A stretch of DNA of 64,000 bases, taken from NCBI GenBank assembly GCA_963717435.1, contig OY970332.1, positions 320,001 through 384,000 on the forward strand, read 5' to 3'. Positions 20,382 to 30,568 of the stretch are shown here, piece after piece (position 1 is the first letter of the stretch; every line of letters begins with the position of its first letter). The notes below the pieces were generated by a model. That model saw nothing but the letters and a program-made list of their open reading frames with translations. It did not search any database and was not told the origin of the DNA. Source of the DNA: an uncultured bacterium (GTDB lineage: Bacteria > Babelota > Babeliae > Babelales > Babelaceae). The position numbers were made by a program, and so were the translations under genes.

Positions 20382-20630
20382 ATGGCAACGAGTAAATCTG
20401 GCGGTTCTACCCAGAATGGTCGTGACAGTCAAAGCAAACGTTTAGGCGTAAAGCTATACGACGGCGAACAAGTAACAGGTGGCGAAATAATAGTTCGTCA
20501 AAGAGGTACACAATTTCACCCTGGAAAGAATGTGGGCTTGGGTTCTGACTACACAATTTTTGCAGTTGGACAAGGTTCAGTTAAGTTCCATTGGGGCAGA
20601 AAAGGCAGAAAATACGTTTCTGTTGTCTAA
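20382..20630 (+). CDS. rpmA: 50S ribosomal protein L27
   Basis: [25 protein letters not shown]. Confidence 0.98.
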   Translation: MATSKSGGSTQNGRDSQSKRLGVKLYDGEQVTGGEIIVRQRGTQFHPGKNVGLGSDYTIFAVGQGSVKFHWGRKGRKYVSVV

Positions 20631-20685
20631 GCTACCATTTTCCCAGTTTTAGTAAGTAATTTATTTCTTTCAGTCGGAGAGTGAA

Positions 20686-21570
20686 ATGATTGATTTTCTG
20701 AAGTATAGAACAGCATGCCTGATATTTTCAGTGTTGATATTTGTGACTTTTATAGGCGCATGTGTTTATAAGTACCAAACAACCGGAAGAATTTTTAACT
20801 ACAGCGTTGATTTTACCGGAGGAACCCAGGTTCTATTTGGTTTCTCAAAGCCAGTAGTGTCGTCTGAAATATCAAGTATATTAAATAAAAATGGATGGAC
20901 GGGAGCAACAATCAGAGAATTCTCTCAGACAGAGTTACTTGTCAGAACAAAGGAAGTAGCTGAAGATGTCAGCGGCCTAGCAGAGAAAATGCGCTCTGAC
21001 TTACAACAGGCTCTTCCTGAAAACACCGTTGAAATAAAACAAACTGACAGCGTCGGGGCTGGTATCGGGGCTTCTTTGAGATTGAAATCTTTGCAGGCTA
21101 TACTTGCAGGACTTGTCTTGATGTTGCTATTTATAGCATTCAGATTCTGGTCATTTGCCTACGGGATGGGAGCGTTGGTCTCATTATTTCATGATGCTAT
21201 TGTAATCTTGGCCGTGTTCTTGTTATTGGACAAAGAGATATCGATAAATATTATCGGCGCAATTATGACAATATTGGGTTATTCGATTAACGACACAATT
21301 GTTATATTTTCAAGAATCAGAGAAAACGTTAAAAAGTTGCATAATAAATCGATGTACGAAATAGTTAATATAAGTATTAACGAAACACTTAGAAGAACAT
21401 TACTTTTAACTACAGCGACATTGCTTGTTGTTATATCATTGTTCTTATTTGGTGGCGAAGTACTAAGAGACTTCTCTCTTGCATTGCTGGTTGGTATGAT
21501 TTTTGGTACATACTCTTCAGTTTATATAGCAAACCCTGTAATGTTGTTTTTGTTAAAGGGTAAAAAGTAG
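20686..21570 (+). CDS. secF: protein translocase subunit SecF
   Basis: DFTGGT, FHD, GYSINDTIVIFSRIRE, GTYSS. Confidence 0.95.
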   Translation: MIDFLKYRTACLIFSVLIFVTFIGACVYKYQTTGRIFNYSVDFTGGTQVLFGFSKPVVSSEISSILNKNGWTGATIREFSQTELLVRTKEVAEDVSGLAEKMRSDLQQALPENTVEIKQTDSVGAGIGASLRLKSLQAILAGLVLMLLFIAFRFWSFAYGMGALVSLFHDAIVILAVFLLLDKEISINIIGAIMTILGYSINDTIVIFSRIRENVKKLHNKSMYEIVNISINETLRRTLLLTTATLLVVISLFLFGGEVLRDFSLALLVGMIFGTYSSVYIANPVMLFLLKGKK

Positions 21571-21820
21571 ATTAAATTAATTTTATATTCTAAGTTATAA
21601 ACCAAAGTTAGAAATCAAACTGCGGCCCATAATAATAAAAAAGTGATATGGGCCGCACAATCAAAAGAAAAAAAAGAGTAGTTTCTATATAATTACAAAT
21701 CCAAAAGATCTTTGTCGTCAAGCAGAAAAACAAATTAGCAGTTAAATTTGCATAATAAAATTTATATAAAAATAATAAATCGCGGGGGAAAAATAATATG
21801 TTTTTACAGGAGATTCATGC

Positions 21821-23131
21821 ATGAGAGCTCAAGAATTAAAAGAGATGAGCCTTAATGATCTACACATTCTGGCAAAAAAGCTAGGAATAGTTGGAGCAAC
21901 TTTATTATCAAAAGCTGATTTGATCAGTAAAATTATCGAATTTGAAACAAATCCTGACAAAGAACCCGAAGTTGAAGGTGTTCTTGAAAAGCTTCCCGAT
22001 GGATTTGGTTTTCTACGTTCAGCACGATTTGATTATGTTTCTGGACCAGACGACATATATGTCTCACCATCCCAAATTAGAAGATTTAACTTAAGAACAG
22101 GGGATATGGTTTCTGGTGTAATCAGAAAACCAAAAGATAATGAAAAATATTTTGCATTATTAAAAATCAATAAAGTAAATCAACAGGATCCTGCACTATT
22201 ATCTGACAGGCCCATGTTTGACAGACTTACTCCATTACATCCAAATCAAAAATTTAATCTGGAATACGATCCTAACTATATTTCAACACGTGTTATGGAT
22301 CTTTTCACGCCAATTGGTAAAGGACAGCGTGGTCTGATTGTTGCACCCCCAAAAGCGGGTAAAACTGTTTTGTTAAAAGAGATTGCAAAGACTATAGTCG
22401 CAAATCACCCTGAGGTTTATCTTATTGTTCTTCTAATTGACGAACGCCCTGAAGAAGTCTCTGATATGCGCCGAATTATTAAAGGCAATAACGCCGAAGT
22501 TATAAGCTCGACGTTTGATGAGGCTGCTGAAAGACACGTTCAGGTTGCTGAAATAATTTTGGAAAAAGCTAAAAGATTCGTAGAATCAGGACAACATGTT
22601 GTAATCTTGCTTGATGCAATCACAAGACTTGCTCGTGCATACAACACAATCGCTCCGTCATCAGGAAAAATTCTTACTGGTGGTATCGACGCCAACGCGT
22701 TACAACATCCAAAGAGATTTTTTGGTGCCGCAAGAAACACAGAAGAAGGCGGCTCCCTTACAATTATTGCAACAGCTTTAATTGAAACAGGTTCTCGTAT
22801 GGACGAAGTTATTTACGAAGAGTTTAAGGGTACTGGTAACATGGAAATTCACCTGAGCCGTAAACTTGCTAATCGTAGAACGTTCCCTGCGTTTGATCTG
22901 CTTCTATCTGGTACAAGACGTGAAGAGTTGCTTCTTTCTGAAGCTGATTTAAACAAAGTTTGGATCTTGAGAAAGTTCTTATCAACCATGAACACTGTTG
23001 AGGGAATGGAATTCTTAATCGAAAGAATTAAGAAATACAAGACAAACGAAGAGTTTATCGACGCTATGAATAAGAAAAATGGTTCTGCCTTGCCTACAGG
23101 CAGTTCAAATGGCAGTAACGGCAATATCTAA
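21821..23131 (+). CDS. rho: transcription termination factor Rho
   Basis: [32 protein letters not shown]. Confidence 0.98.
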   Translation: MRAQELKEMSLNDLHILAKKLGIVGATLLSKADLISKIIEFETNPDKEPEVEGVLEKLPDGFGFLRSARFDYVSGPDDIYVSPSQIRRFNLRTGDMVSGVIRKPKDNEKYFALLKINKVNQQDPALLSDRPMFDRLTPLHPNQKFNLEYDPNYISTRVMDLFTPIGKGQRGLIVAPPKAGKTVLLKEIAKTIVANHPEVYLIVLLIDERPEEVSDMRRIIKGNNAEVISSTFDEAAERHVQVAEIILEKAKRFVESGQHVVILLDAITRLARAYNTIAPSSGKILTGGIDANALQHPKRFFGAARNTEEGGSLTIIATALIETGSRMDEVIYEEFKGTGNMEIHLSRKLANRRTFPAFDLLLSGTRREELLLSEADLNKVWILRKFLSTMNTVEGMEFLIERIKKYKTNEEFIDAMNKKNGSALPTGSSNGSNGNI

Positions 23132-23138
23132 TTAATTT

Positions 23139-23194
23139 TGGCCCTTAAGTATGCGTGTATTTTTAAAGCACAAATCTTAAGGGCCTATTTGTTT
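23139..23194 (+). terminator. hairpin/terminator after rho
   Basis: GGCCCTTAAG...CTTAAGGGCC followed by T-rich tract. Confidence 0.55.
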
Positions 23195-23267
23195 TAAAAA
23201 AATTCAGAATATAATACAGTGACTTAGAAGTATTAAATTATTTTTAATAATTTTTCTGGATTAGCCC

Positions 23268-23612
23268 ATGAAAAAGTTTATTTTTATCGTGTTTTTGCTT
23301 TTAGGAATAAATTATATTCAGGCTCTTAAAGTCACGTTGCCAAGCGCAACTGTTTTAATTTCAAGATTCTTGTCGACACGTGAAAAAACAAATCATGCAC
23401 TATACGATTATCTGATAAATCAAACAGAATTAGTGATAAAATTGGAATATAAAACAATAGAAACTTATGAAATCAGAGCTATATTAGACAGAGTTATAGA
23501 AACTATGCTCGATCCTGAAATTGAAGAAAAAGCGATGCAAAAAAGACGAGAAATATTATTAATTATTTTGCGAGATTCTTATGAAGCAGCAAAAGAACAA
23601 GAGCTTTTATAA
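23268..23612 (+). CDS. small secreted hypothetical protein (paralog of 24276..24656)
   Basis: signal peptide; visible similarity to downstream ORF. Confidence 0.7.
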   Translation: MKKFIFIVFLLLGINYIQALKVTLPSATVLISRFLSTREKTNHALYDYLINQTELVIKLEYKTIETYEIRAILDRVIETMLDPEIEEKAMQKRREILLIILRDSYEAAKEQELL

Positions 23613-23644
23613 ACATAAAATTAAAATATTAAAAGAAAAAAACT

Positions 23645-24286
23645 ATGACAATTATCAAAACAAAAAAAATCACTCTCAAAATTCTTAAAGCAAGTTTTAT
23701 TGCATTTTGTTTTAATTCACTAGCCATGGAAAGATCTGACAGATCTGACAGATCCCAAGAATACTCACGCTCTTACGGCAGTTATGGTTCATATGGCTCA
23801 TGCGGCTCATACGCCTCCATCCCATCATTTCAAGAAGTATTTCAAGAGAATTCAAAAGAATATGCGGAGGCAAAAGCAAAATTTGAAACTGAATTTATAG
23901 ACCGTAAGCCAGAACATCTGCGCCTAAGTACAGCTTTTGGATTTTTGTTTAATAGCCAAAGCGCGCACGCAGAACTTATTGGTTGGCTGAAAGCAAATAT
24001 AGAAAAATATAAAGATTATATTAACGACAAAATTTACCACAAAATTAATAACGAATTTACTGAAAGTGACGCAACTCCGCTTAATCTTGCAATAAATTAT
24101 AATTCTCCAGAAATCGTAAGAATATTATTGGCTAACGGGGCAATTATTAACTACAGACCCGACAAACAAGATAAACATGGCAAAAAATTAGTAAGTTTAT
24201 TGGAAATCGCAAGAAGACTTAAAAACAAAGAGATTGTGGCGATATTAGAAGAACATGAAAAAAAGATAAAAAAACATGAAAAATAG
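23645..24286 (+). CDS. ankyrin-repeat protein with signal peptide
   Basis: TPLNLAINYNSPEIVRILLANGA, SLLEIA...EIVAIL. Confidence 0.8.
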   Translation: MTIIKTKKITLKILKASFIAFCFNSLAMERSDRSDRSQEYSRSYGSYGSYGSCGSYASIPSFQEVFQENSKEYAEAKAKFETEFIDRKPEHLRLSTAFGFLFNSQSAHAELIGWLKANIEKYKDYINDKIYHKINNEFTESDATPLNLAINYNSPEIVRILLANGAIINYRPDKQDKHGKKLVSLLEIARRLKNKEIVAILEEHEKKIKKHEK

Positions 24287-24656
24287 GTTATATATGAAAA
24301 AATTACTTTTTGGCGCTTTATTATTAAATATAATCTTGTTCACAAGTGCTCACACTTTAAAAGCTGTAATATCAACTTTGCCCTGTGCCAAAGTTCTCGA
24401 TTGTCGTTTGAGAACTAACGGATTTGGTTATTTTTTGGATAATACACAACTTATTGCTCAATTAGCAAATAAGAATTTAGATACTATGAAAGTTATATTA
24501 ATATTGGGCCAAGCTATAAGAGAGTATAGAAATTGCGCCCAAGACGACGCGCCCAACATGCTTTCGAGTAGATTTCAAATACTTTCTCTTATTTTACACG
24601 GTTCCCAGCCAGCTATTGATGAGCTTAATTTACTTAGAGAAGTTTTAAGCTTTTAA
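24276..24656 (+). CDS. small secreted hypothetical protein (paralog of 23268..23612)
   Basis: signal peptide; TLPCAKVL vs TLPSATVL etc. Confidence 0.7.
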   Translation: MKNRLYMKKLLFGALLLNIILFTSAHTLKAVISTLPCAKVLDCRLRTNGFGYFLDNTQLIAQLANKNLDTMKVILILGQAIREYRNCAQDDAPNMLSSRFQILSLILHGSQPAIDELNLLREVLSF

Positions 24657-24674
24657 AATTATTATTATTTAAAC

Positions 24675-25700
24675 TTAAGAAAGTTTAATGTCTAAGTAAT
24701 AATCATCAAACTTGTTTTGCTGAGCAAGATAATGTCCTACAAAAGCTATCATGGCAGCATTATCTGTGCAAAATTTAGGTGATGGGGAATAAAAACTTAG
24801 GTTATTATTTTGGGCAAATTCTACAAATCTGTTTTTAATATACTTGTTACAAGCAACACCGCCAACAAAAGTAATCGCGCGCACTTCAGGATATTTTTTC
24901 AAAGCTAACTGCAAGCGCTTTTGAAATATATCAGCCACGCAAACTAAGAGCGAACTGGAGACATCAACCATTAATTCTTTGTCGTCAGGTTTTAAAAATT
25001 TCTTAGATTTTATGTCATAAGCACCGAGCTCGACAAGATTATATAAAACCGCAGTTTTTAAACCAGAAAAGCTAAAATCTAAATTATTGTGAGTTAATCT
25101 TGGGTATTTATAAATATCCTGAAAGCCGTTTTCGGCAGCAAGTTTTTCAATTATTGGCCCGCCAGGGTAACCAAGATCCATGAGTTTGGAAATTTTATCG
25201 AACGCCTCGCCTGAAGCATCATCAAGCGTCTGCCCTATGAGTTCTATTTCACCATAATTTTTTACTAAATACATAGATGTGTGACCGCCAGAAGCCGTAA
25301 GACAAATATGGGGGAACTCTGGTGTGTTTTCCAAGAAACTTGAAAAGACATGCCCCTCTAGGTGATTAACACCTATAATTTTTTTAGATTTTGCCCAAGC
25401 CATACTTTTGGCAAAATTTAACCCGATTAATAGAGAACCTGGTAACCCCGGCCTGTTAGTAACAGCAAAAACGTCTATATCATCAAGGTTTTTGCCAGAT
25501 TTTGTCAAAGCTTCTTGAACTATATAATTTATTTTTTCTATGTGGGACCTAGATGCTATTTCGGGAACAACACCGCCATACTTTTTGTGCAGCTCAATCT
25601 GGGAATATAACTCACTTGAGAGTACGCGCTTATCTGTTTCATAAACGGCGGCGGCTGTTTCGTCGCAAGATGTTTCGATTCCTAATACAGTCAAATTCAT
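24675..25700 (-). CDS. tsaD: tRNA t6A threonylcarbamoyltransferase TsaD
   Basis: GIETSCDET, GGVVPEIASRSH, HLEGH, SGGHT, DNAAMI. Confidence 0.97.
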   Translation of the reverse strand: MNLTVLGIETSCDETAAAVYETDKRVLSSELYSQIELHKKYGGVVPEIASRSHIEKINYIVQEALTKSGKNLDDIDVFAVTNRPGLPGSLLIGLNFAKSMAWAKSKKIIGVNHLEGHVFSSFLENTPEFPHICLTASGGHTSMYLVKNYGEIELIGQTLDDASGEAFDKISKLMDLGYPGGPIIEKLAAENGFQDIYKYPRLTHNNLDFSFSGLKTAVLYNLVELGAYDIKSKKFLKPDDKELMVDVSSSLLVCVADIFQKRLQLALKKYPEVRAITFVGGVACNKYIKNRFVEFAQNNNLSFYSPSPKFCTDNAAMIAFVGHYLAQQNKFDDYYLDIKLS

Positions 25701-26536
25701 GAATTTACTTTCGTACTCACAGACATAACCGTTGATGGGACCGAAATATCAATTTTTTTTGCTAATAATTTATTGCTTTCAACATGTATAGGCTTTTGAT
25801 CTATTGCAGCGATAAGAGCATGATCAAAAGATTCTTGAAAAGATTTAATATCTTTTGTGTCATTATTTTTTAACTTCAAAATCAAAACTGGAAGTCGAAT
25901 GATCACAGCTTTGCCATTAACTTCAAGATTTTTTTGATTATCAAGAACCCTAAAGTCATCTACATATTCAGGATCAAGTAAAATTACGATCGCATTATCT
26001 GGCAATTTTTTCGGCATTTCTTTGAGATTAGTTTCTTTTTCTATGTGCCATTCGATATCGTAATCGGCTGAATTTTCTGATTTTGAGGCTTTTTCTACTT
26101 GGTTCACGTAAAAAATCTTACAGGGCAAATTCTCTTTTCTTTCAAGACAGTAGACATTTTTGTCTTCGGCTTTTCTTGAAATATCAGGGGTGACAATTAT
26201 CGTAAACGAACTCGTTTTTAAGTCTTCATGGATTATGCAAAAATTGGAATCAAAATTTAGCTGCTCACCTTTATAATATCCCAAAATTGTCGGTATATCC
26301 CTGACAACAGCTTTTGGCATTTTTACCGTGAAAATATAAGATGCACCAAAATTCTCAACTTTTTCAGGAGATTGCCCGAAATTATAGTTGCGCCCAGTTG
26401 GGGCAACACCAAATACCAAATCTGCAAAATTGTCTGAAAAGTTTATATTTTCACAGATAGTATCACTTCTATTTTCTGCCCTGATCAGACTTGGTCCGGC
26501 TAACAACAAGTTTAAGAGAAAAACAGATAAAAACAT
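25697..26536 (-). CDS. hypothetical secreted protein
   Basis: 279-aa ORF with signal peptide, overlaps tsaD start. Confidence 0.7.
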   Translation of the reverse strand: MFLSVFLLNLLLAGPSLIRAENRSDTICENINFSDNFADLVFGVAPTGRNYNFGQSPEKVENFGASYIFTVKMPKAVVRDIPTILGYYKGEQLNFDSNFCIIHEDLKTSSFTIIVTPDISRKAEDKNVYCLERKENLPCKIFYVNQVEKASKSENSADYDIEWHIEKETNLKEMPKKLPDNAIVILLDPEYVDDFRVLDNQKNLEVNGKAVIIRLPVLILKLKNNDTKDIKSFQESFDHALIAAIDQKPIHVESNKLLAKKIDISVPSTVMSVSTKVNS

Positions 26537-26638
26537 AAAAACCCTTTGAAATAAACCTAAATATAGCTTACCAACTCAATTAATAGTATATTAAAAATTG
26601 TAAGTTGTTCAAAAAACCTAACTTTTTGGCCAAATCTC

Positions 26639-27121
26639 ATGAAACAAAAAATTAAAAATTTAATTCTTAAAGTTATACTCCAAGAACCAAGCCCTCACAA
26701 ATTGGCCCTTGCTGTTTCTTTGGGGATCTCCATAGCCGTATCGCCATTTATTGGGCTACACACGCTAATAGGCATAGCTTCAAGTTTAATATTAGGCTTA
26801 AATTTGCCATTAACTGTTTCAGTCATATACATAATAAGCAACCCATGGTCCATGGTCCCTCTATTAATCACAGATTACGTTTTTGGACACTGGCTATTTT
26901 CAAAGATTTTAAAACTAGATTTATCTCAGTATGACCCTCATTTTATGAATTATATAAATAAACAGCTAGAATATTATCTTGGAAAATATGAATTTATTGG
27001 CAAACTAAGCCTATGTGAGTTTATACTTGGGGGAACAATCTTAGCCATAATCTCAGGTTTGATCGCCTACCCAATAACAAAAAATTTAATAAAAAAATAT
27101 GAAAATTATAACTCAAAATAA
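26639..27121 (+). CDS. DUF2062-like membrane protein
   Basis: SPHKLALAVSLG...PFIGLHT...ISNP pattern. Confidence 0.75.
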   Translation: MKQKIKNLILKVILQEPSPHKLALAVSLGISIAVSPFIGLHTLIGIASSLILGLNLPLTVSVIYIISNPWSMVPLLITDYVFGHWLFSKILKLDLSQYDPHFMNYINKQLEYYLGKYEFIGKLSLCEFILGGTILAIISGLIAYPITKNLIKKYENYNSK

Positions 27122-27560
27122 AAAAGCATTTTTCGATTACGAAGTTTTGGACTCAATCGAGACTGGAATTGTTCTTACCGGAGACGAAGTAAAGTCTCTA
27201 AGAGCGGGCCACGTTTCCCTACCCGGTTCATTCGGGAACATACATAATGGCGAACTGTTTATCATAAACTGCCATATTGCCCCATACTCCCATTCATATT
27301 CAAAAGCGGACGAACAGGCTGCACGAAGAAGCAGAAAACTTCTGGTGCACAAAAAAGAATTAAATAGAATTATTGGGGAAGTTTCGCAAAAAGGGGTTAC
27401 TCTTGTCCCCTTAAAGCTTTACTTTAACAATAAAGGCAAAGTTAAAGTAGATCTGGGAATTTGCAAACATAAAAAAGCAAGGGTCCAAAAAGAAGAGATC
27501 AAAGAACGGGACATCAAACGCCAGACCCGTCGTGAACTTAAAGACGTTTATAAATATTAA
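27099..27560 (+). CDS. smpB: SsrA-binding protein
   Basis: NKKAFFDY, GIVLTGDEVKSLR, RKLLVHKKE, LVPLKLY. Confidence 0.97.
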   Translation: MKIITQNKKAFFDYEVLDSIETGIVLTGDEVKSLRAGHVSLPGSFGNIHNGELFIINCHIAPYSHSYSKADEQAARRSRKLLVHKKELNRIIGEVSQKGVTLVPLKLYFNNKGKVKVDLGICKHKKARVQKEEIKERDIKRQTRRELKDVYKY

Positions 27561-27601
27561 ATAAACCCCCATATTTTTTTGCATATTTATGATTTTATTG
27601 C

Positions 27602-27646
27602 CCGCTCGCCCTGAGTGAAATTTCGTAGAAATTTAGTATCGAAGGG
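27602..27646 (+). repeat. palindromic element copy C (supplies methyltransferase stop codon)
   Basis: CCGCTCGCCCTGAGTG-aaatttcgtagaaattt-AGTATCGAAGGG. Confidence 0.88.
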
Positions 27647-28406
27647 TCGGGCCATGGGTCAACCTCGCCTGAAGTACTCTTGACGGGCCACTTGCCCTGA
27701 AAGTCTCGTCATAAATTTTAACTATTTTTAGCCCGGCCCGAGAAAATAAGTCTTCAAGTTCTGCTTCTCTATACCAAGTGACAGTTATTAGTTCGCTTTC
27801 CCGTTCAATAACTTGGCCGTCAACTATAAGCTCATAGTTACAAAAACCGTCAGCAAGTTTATTTTCAAAATCATAAACATATCTTGTAGTTAACTTAATT
27901 ACCGTATGATTATCTATCCGAGCTACTCTTTCACTTCTGCTTTCATCATCAAAACCGGGGACGAAAAAATCGATCAAGAAATTGCCATTGGGCCCCATAT
28001 GGCGAGCCAAATTTTTAAGAACTTTTAAGGCACTCTCTGGGCCACAAATTAACTGGAAAGACCCTACAGCTATAGTTATGGTCGAATATTTATGTGGCAG
28101 GTTTAAATCTTCTAAATTTTGCTTATAAATACCGTAAATTTCTGGGGAGATATTTAACTCTTTAAATCTTGCATGACAACGCGCGAGCATGCTTTCAGAA
28201 TTATCCACCCCATCAACAATATAACCACGCTGAATTAACGGGATCTGCAACCTGCCTGAACCGGACATAGCCTCAAGAACCCTGCCAGGATTTTCTTCGA
28301 TAAATCGTGAATAAAAATCTACTTCTGCCTTGGGGGCATAAGCTTTAGTTGCATCATAAAATATACTACAAAGTTTACCGTATGCAGTTGATTGATCGCT
28401 ATTCAT
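27633..28406 (-). CDS. class I SAM-dependent methyltransferase
   Basis: VLEAMSGSGR, VDGVDNSESML. Confidence 0.85.
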   Translation of the reverse strand: MNSDQSTAYGKLCSIFYDATKAYAPKAEVDFYSRFIEENPGRVLEAMSGSGRLQIPLIQRGYIVDGVDNSESMLARCHARFKELNISPEIYGIYKQNLEDLNLPHKYSTITIAVGSFQLICGPESALKVLKNLARHMGPNGNFLIDFFVPGFDDESRSERVARIDNHTVIKLTTRYVYDFENKLADGFCNYELIVDGQVIERESELITVTWYREAELEDLFSRAGLKIVKIYDETFRASGPSRVLQARLTHGPTLRY

Positions 28407-28452
28407 AATAATTTTTCTCTAGAAGTTAAAACAAACCCAAAATACAAATAAC

Positions 28453-28617
28453 CTAGATGCCCAATTTTTTGGCAAGTTCATCGGCTTCTTTTCCAGTTAC
28501 TAATCCCTTGCGATTTTTTGCATCTTTAATTGCTTTAATTGTTGTTTCATTGGGGTAGTGATTGCAATTCGAACATTCTCCAATAAAGTCTGTAAGTTCT
28601 ATAATAACTTTGCTCAC
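28453..28617 (-). CDS. 54-aa DinJ/RelB C-terminal-like small protein (not in ORF track)
   Basis: GTG start behind AGGGA; MSKVIIELTDFIGECSNCNHYPNETTIKAIKDAKNRKGLVTGKEADELAKKLGI. Confidence 0.6.
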   Translation of the reverse strand: MSKVIIELTDFIGECSNCNHYPNETTIKAIKDAKNRKGLVTGKEADELAKKLGI

Positions 28618-28697
28618 AATTTTATCCCTAAATATATGATTTTTAATAATTATGCCACAAAGCGAAAACTATTTAAAATTTTAGTAATTTTATACGA

Positions 28698-28726
28698 TTG
28701 ACAATAAGCTCCCAAACCTGTATTAT
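28698..28726 (+). promoter_or_regulatory. sigma70 promoter of ssrA
   Basis: TTGACA-17 bp-TATTAT. Confidence 0.7.
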
Positions 28727-28795
28727 TACATATAGAAAATATTAAATAATATCTATATTTATTTATATTTTACCAAACTATTCTTTGAAACTTTC

Positions 28796-29172
28796 GGGGG
28801 CGTAAAGGTCTCGACGTGGTAAAAATGTCGACCAGAGCATGTCGAGCTTTGTTTAAGTGCTCGTTAAAAAAATAAACAAAACAATAAGTGCAACTGCACA
28901 ACCTGTTTACTTAGCGTAAGCTAGTAAGCTTTGTTTATTTGCTTAGGCAAATAACACTTGCTAATTTAATTTGCCTATAAATTTTTTTAGCTCGTATTAC
29001 CCAAATAGGACCTTCAAGCAAGATTTACCGGATTTGTGGCTTGATTGTATACTAAGCCGGCTTGCCTGCTTACCCTGTTCTTGGGGTTGAAGACAAGTAT
29101 AAACAAGAAATAAGCATGTAGTGCTTGTCCACTGCTTTATTGCGGACATGGGTTCGATTCCCATCGCCTCCA
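28796..29172 (+). ncRNA. ssrA: tmRNA; tag (A)ATAQPVYLA at 28890..28919
   Basis: 5' GGGGGCG...TCGAC; 3' GGAC-ATGGGTTCGATTCCCAT-CGCCTCCA; G.U alanine acceptor stem; ATAAGT-GCA resume context; smpB nearby. Confidence 0.95.
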
Positions 29173-29302
29173 CATTTCGTTCTCCGAACGAAATGTGCCC
29201 TGCGAAGTTTGCCAAGCCGGAAGGCCTGGATAAACGTAGCATGGGCTATTTTTAATCAAAAATAAACCTCTTGCACATATTTGCTTCGTTCTGCGAACTA
29301 CG
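29171..29302. repeat. hairpin cluster after ssrA related to the inner module of the palindromic elements
   Basis: CACATTTCGTTC/GAACGAAATGTG perfect stem; GCGAAG...CGTAGC stem; CTTCGTTC-tgc-GAACTACG. Confidence 0.6.
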
Positions 29303-29313
29303 CGCGGCGCAGC

Positions 29314-29396
29314 CACTCTCTTTCCATCATATATTCCCCTTTAACTGCCCAAACCCCCAATTTTAGGGTATTTTACCCCCCTTCTGAATCTGTTTT
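29314..29396 (+). repeat. ~82-bp direct repeat, copy 1
   Basis: near-identical to 31684..31765; 45 bp identical (29336..29380 = 31706..31750). Confidence 0.92.
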
Positions 29397-29446
29397 AGGA
29401 GTACGCCCCACCTCAGTTCCCCTTTTTTAAGACTAATAGGGGGCTT

Positions 29447-30568
29447 TGACCTAGTTCATATACATGTGAGACTAAAATAAACTAAAATGGATCTCCAAGA
29501 AACAGTTCAATTTTTCTAAGGAGATCCATCATGATACAAACAAGTATCATTAGTAAACGATATTATCACATAAATAATATTGATGAAACTGAATATTCTA
29601 AGATTGTTTGGGAACGCAAAGAAAAGCTTGAGAAATACGAGCTACTGAGGTCAGAATGCGTTTTGGATGAGACAATATTTGATGTTTTAAATGTTTCCAG
29701 ATCAACTCTATTTCGTTGGAAAAAACAGTATAAATTACATGGTCTTGAGGGTTTAGAGAATCAAAGCAAACGGCCAAATAATGTTCGCAAGTCTACCTGG
29801 ACAAAAGAACAGGAGCAAAGAATCTATGTATTGCGTAAAAAATACAAGTTATGGGGAAAAGCAAAAATAGCTGTAATGTATGAACGCGTGTATGAAAAAA
29901 AGTTATCAGTAAGCACTGTAGGCCGAATTATCCAGAAACTGGTAAGACAAAATAGAATCAAGCCCGTAAACTTCTTGTGTAACAAAAAAATATCAAAAAA
30001 TAGAATATTCAATGGCCATGCAAAACGTTGGAAGTTAGGCATGAAATCAGGTTCTCCTGGTGAGCTAGTTCAGTTTGATCACATGACAATTAATGTTCCG
30101 GGAATAGGCTATTTAAAGCAATTTAGCGCTATTTGCCCTACAACTAAAATTGCTGTGGAAAAAGTTTATAAAGAAGCCAATAGTCGCAATGGGGCTGACT
30201 TCCTTCAGTTTGCAATAAAAGAATTCCCATTCCCAATTAAATCTGCCCAGGTTGATGGTGGAGGTGAATTTATGGCGGACTTCGAGGCTTTATGCCAAAA
30301 ACTTAACATCCCTTTATGGGTTCTTCCCCCTAAATCTCCCGAATATAATGGAAACGTTGAACGTGGCAATGGAACCTTTAAATACGAGTTTTATAGCCAG
30401 TACGACGGTCCGCCAAACCTGGAAAACCTACAAGCTTCACTTCAAGATTTTGTTGGATTCTACAACAGAATTCGGCCACATCAGGGGGTGGGGTATTTGA
30501 CCCCAAACGAGTGTTTTGAGAAACTTAAAGACAGGGAGATCTAGTCTCATATGTATTGAACCAGGACA
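29447..30568 (+). mobile_element. IS481-like insertion sequence
   Basis: imperfect 27-28 bp terminal IRs (TGACCTAGTTCATATACATGTGAGACTA / TAGTCTCATATGTATTGAACCAGGACA); GGCTT duplicated at 29442..29446 and 30569..30573. Confidence 0.9.
29531..30544 (+). CDS. DDE transposase (HTH + integrase core), IS481-like
   Basis: PGELVQFD, QVDGGGEF, NGNVER, YNRIRPHQG...LTP. Confidence 0.93.
   Translation: MIQTSIISKRYYHINNIDETEYSKIVWERKEKLEKYELLRSECVLDETIFDVLNVSRSTLFRWKKQYKLHGLEGLENQSKRPNNVRKSTWTKEQEQRIYVLRKKYKLWGKAKIAVMYERVYEKKLSVSTVGRIIQKLVRQNRIKPVNFLCNKKISKNRIFNGHAKRWKLGMKSGSPGELVQFDHMTINVPGIGYLKQFSAICPTTKIAVEKVYKEANSRNGADFLQFAIKEFPFPIKSAQVDGGGEFMADFEALCQKLNIPLWVLPPKSPEYNGNVERGNGTFKYEFYSQYDGPPNLENLQASLQDFVGFYNRIRPHQGVGYLTPNECFEKLKDREI

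Noticed and set aside
28997-29242. 81-aa minus-strand ORF
   Set aside because: Antisense shadow of the tmRNA 3' half (VEAMGIEPMS is the reverse of the T-arm).
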